A stretch of 8,220 nucleotides of DNA from a virus (lineage: Duplodnaviria > Heunggongvirae > Uroviricota > Caudoviricetes): positions 1 through 8,220 of IMG/VR virus record IMGVR_UViG_2778261515_000002. One strand, 5' to 3'. A model generated the notes under the pieces. That model ran no database searches. It had not been told where the DNA came from and saw only the letters and a program-made list of their open reading frames with translations. The position numbers and the translations under genes are program-made. This document shows, one piece after another, positions 6,479-8,220 of this stretch. The first letter of the stretch is position 1; the number at the start of each line of letters is the position of its first letter.

Positions 6479-6862
6479 TCAATAACATCTAACAACTTCA
6501 AGATCCATCTCGAGACGAACATCCAGTGCCATCAACATTCCGTCGACTATTCCTTCAGCCTTCTGAAGTTTTTTTCCTATATATCCATCAGAACAATGAT
6601 GCTTACGGGCCAGTGCCATAAACGTCATACCAGCCACATAATAATCTACCAGCAAATCATGCAAATCACTGTTGTTCTTTTTCAAACGAGCCATACACCC
6701 ACAAATAACCATTGCGTCATCATCACTACATTGCGGTCGCGATTTAACCTTTGAAGGAATAAGTCCCTTGAATCCGGCTGCAATCGATGACCAGGTGACA
6801 TCCTCATGATTATTTGCCACCCATGCCCCCCAACGCTCAAGAACCATCTGAATATCACGCAT
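6479..6862 (-). CDS. Late-gene antiterminator Q (small Q family, quuD/phage-82-like)
   Basis: 127 aa from ATG at 6862-6860 with AGGAGGTG SD upstream. Begins [14 protein letters not shown] and contains the Cys-rich segment [18 protein letters not shown]. Located before the porin as in DLP12 (quuD-nmpC). Confidence 0.8.
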   Translation of the reverse strand: MRDIQMVLERWGAWVANNHEDVTWSSIAAGFKGLIPSKVKSRPQCSDDDAMVICGCMARLKKNNSDLHDLLVDYYVAGMTFMALARKHHCSDGYIGKKLQKAEGIVDGMLMALDVRLEMDLEVVRCY

Positions 6863-7119
6863 CAGCGCAGCACCTCCTGCACCAGTTTTTCAAACTTTCC
6901 AACTCTGGTTTCCAGCTCTGCCACACAATCCACCAGCTCATCCACCGCTTTTTGTGCGCGGTGTTTCGCCTGCATCAGTTCCCTGAGCGCTGGCACCATA
7001 TCCCGACGAATGGCATCTTTTGTTACACCTGTTTTTTCCAGTTGTTCCGCCTGTCGCAACATTTCCTGTGCCTGTTTACGTAATTGTTCAGGGGTAAAAG
7101 GTGTTGTCTGGTTGTTCAA
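6862..7119 (-). CDS. Hypothetical small coiled-coil protein
   Basis: 85-aa ORF whose first codon is TTG (7119-7117), overlapping the helicase stop (TTGA); its stop overlaps the Q start (TGATG). The first in-frame ATG is at 7062 (66-aa alternative). Strongly helical, charged sequence; no recognised family. Confidence 0.4.
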   Translation of the reverse strand: MNNQTTPFTPEQLRKQAQEMLRQAEQLEKTGVTKDAIRRDMVPALRELMQAKHRAQKAVDELVDCVAELETRVGKFEKLVQEVLR

Positions 7120-8220
7120 AAGAAACGCTCCATCTTACTGCTGTCAGTTCGTTTGTTGCTGTATCTGCGCGGCTGGGGCTGCTGCATTGGGGTAGAAAGA
7201 ATCTGTGCGCTTTCCTGATCCACAGGCAGAAAATGTCCGTTATAAAAACGCCGGTAAATCGTTCCCAGAGAACCGTTACGTTGTTTCGTGATATTGATTT
7301 CTGCGATGCCCCTGGCCTGCGTATCCGGGTTGTACACTTCATCCCTGTAAAGCATCAGAATGATGTCTGCATCCGCCTCTATTTCTCCGGAATTTTTCAG
7401 GTCTGAGTTCATGGGGCGTTTATTGGGCCTGGACTCCACACCGCGGGAGAGCTGACTCAACGCAACCACCGGTAATCCGCCGGATTTTGCCAGGCCTTTA
7501 AGCCCCTTTGAGATTTCACCCACGGCAAGGTCATGACGCCCCGTGCTCCGGGTTTTTATCAGCCCGAGATAATCAACCACCACCAGCGCCGTTTCCGGAT
7601 GTTTAATCAGGTGGTGTTTCGTTGTTGCGTATATCTCGTCAATGGTCAGGTTCGCCTGGTCCACCATCCAGATATTGCGCCCGGTCATCCGCCCCACTCC
7701 TTGTGAGAAACGTGCCCAGTCTTCGTCTTCAAAGTGAGTGACAGATTTCAGGCGTGATACCGGCATTCCTCCAGCCGCAGATACCATGCGCTCACCAATC
7801 TGGATGTTCGCCATTTCCATTGTGAACAGAAGAACACCATGCCCCTGCTCAGTCACCTTGTCGATGATATCCAGCGCCAGTTCGGTTTTACCCATCGAAG
7901 GACGAGCCGCAATAAATACCAGGTCGCCGGGTTCCATACCGCCTGTTTTTGCGTCCAGTTCATCAATACCGGTCATCAGCGTCCTGGATTTCTCCAGCCC
8001 CTGATTCCGGCATTCAACACGTTCAACCACTTCCGGAAGCACATCATCAATATGTACCGGCTGAATAATACCCTTCCCCGTCGACAATGAGGCCATCATG
8101 TTCTGCGCATCCTTCAGAGCATCTTCAGCTGCTTCACAGGTATGCGCATCACGTAATTTCTGTAATGAACCGCCCCGGAAATCCTGGAGACTAAACTCCC
8201 TGAGAAAGAGGTAAACAGGA
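7116..8220 (-). CDS. DnaB-family replicative DNA helicase, 5'-partial (N-terminus beyond window end)
   Basis: The frame is open from the window edge (8219) to TGA at 7118-7116, about 367 codons in the window. DnaB C-terminal RecA-like domain with Walker A (IAARPSMGKTELA), the ...LMTGIDELDAKTGG... linker and ...ADADIILMLYRDEVY... The track ORF begins at an internal Met (8099). Confidence 0.85.
   Translation of the reverse strand, partial: PVYLFLREFSLQDFRGGSLQKLRDAHTCEAAEDALKDAQNMMASLSTGKGIIQPVHIDDVLPEVVERVECRNQGLEKSRTLMTGIDELDAKTGGMEPGDLVFIAARPSMGKTELALDIIDKVTEQGHGVLLFTMEMANIQIGERMVSAAGGMPVSRLKSVTHFEDEDWARFSQGVGRMTGRNIWMVDQANLTIDEIYATTKHHLIKHPETALVVVDYLGLIKTRSTGRHDLAVGEISKGLKGLAKSGGLPVVALSQLSRGVESRPNKRPMNSDLKNSGEIEADADIILMLYRDEVYNPDTQARGIAEINITKQRNGSLGTIYRRFYNGHFLPVDQESAQILSTPMQQPQPRRYSNKRTDSSKMERFF

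Noticed and set aside
6310-6492. 60-aa hydrophobic plus-strand ORF between the porin and Q (possible small toxin peptide)
   Set aside because: Its ATG sits inside the 30-bp palindrome stem and it runs through the porin terminator. Hydrophobicity is explained by T-rich non-coding sequence, and there is no SD. Kept only as a remote possibility.
6806-8090. Plus-strand ORFs antisense to Q, the coiled-coil ORF and the helicase, plus minus-strand 7088-7342
   Set aside because: All overlap the helicase/Q coding string in other frames, with no motifs.

Overview
This window reads as the late-region end of a lambdoid (HK97/DLP12-like) enterobacterial prophage, with every phage gene on the minus strand and a single host-like porin gene on the plus strand. 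All protein-family calls rest on motifs read from the translations and on gene order; no database search was possible. Reading in transcription order (high to low coordinates): a 5'-truncated DnaB-type replicative helicase (7116-8220), a small coiled-coil ORF, and antiterminator Q (6479-6862) form a translationally coupled string with no nin region between replication and Q. Downstream of Q is a 30-bp perfect palindrome (candidate tR'), then a convergent NmpC/Lc-type porin gene (5192-6289, +) with its own terminator. Next come a 65-aa winged-helix (FaeA/PapI-like) ORF with its own terminator, a beta-class DPPY DNA methyltransferase with no restriction partner (3349-4395), and a tandem tRNA pair: a canonical tRNA-Gly(UCC) and a non-canonical tRNA-Thr(UGU)-like gene. 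A roughly 700-bp non-coding stretch follows, carrying convergent and tandem intrinsic terminators and a candidate plus-strand small RNA. The lysis cassette (holin, second small membrane protein, M15 peptidase endolysin, 60-aa lipoprotein) and the packaging module (HNH endonuclease, P27-type small terminase, putative cos between them) complete the window. The Q-to-lysis interval is the position where Stx phages carry tRNAs plus stx; here it carries a porin, a regulator-methylase pair and tRNAs, but no toxin. The most interesting candidates are the FaeA-like/methylase pair as a possible epigenetic or anti-restriction module, the degenerate tRNA, the candidate sRNA, and a lysis cassette lacking a recognisable Rz/Rz1 spanin pair.
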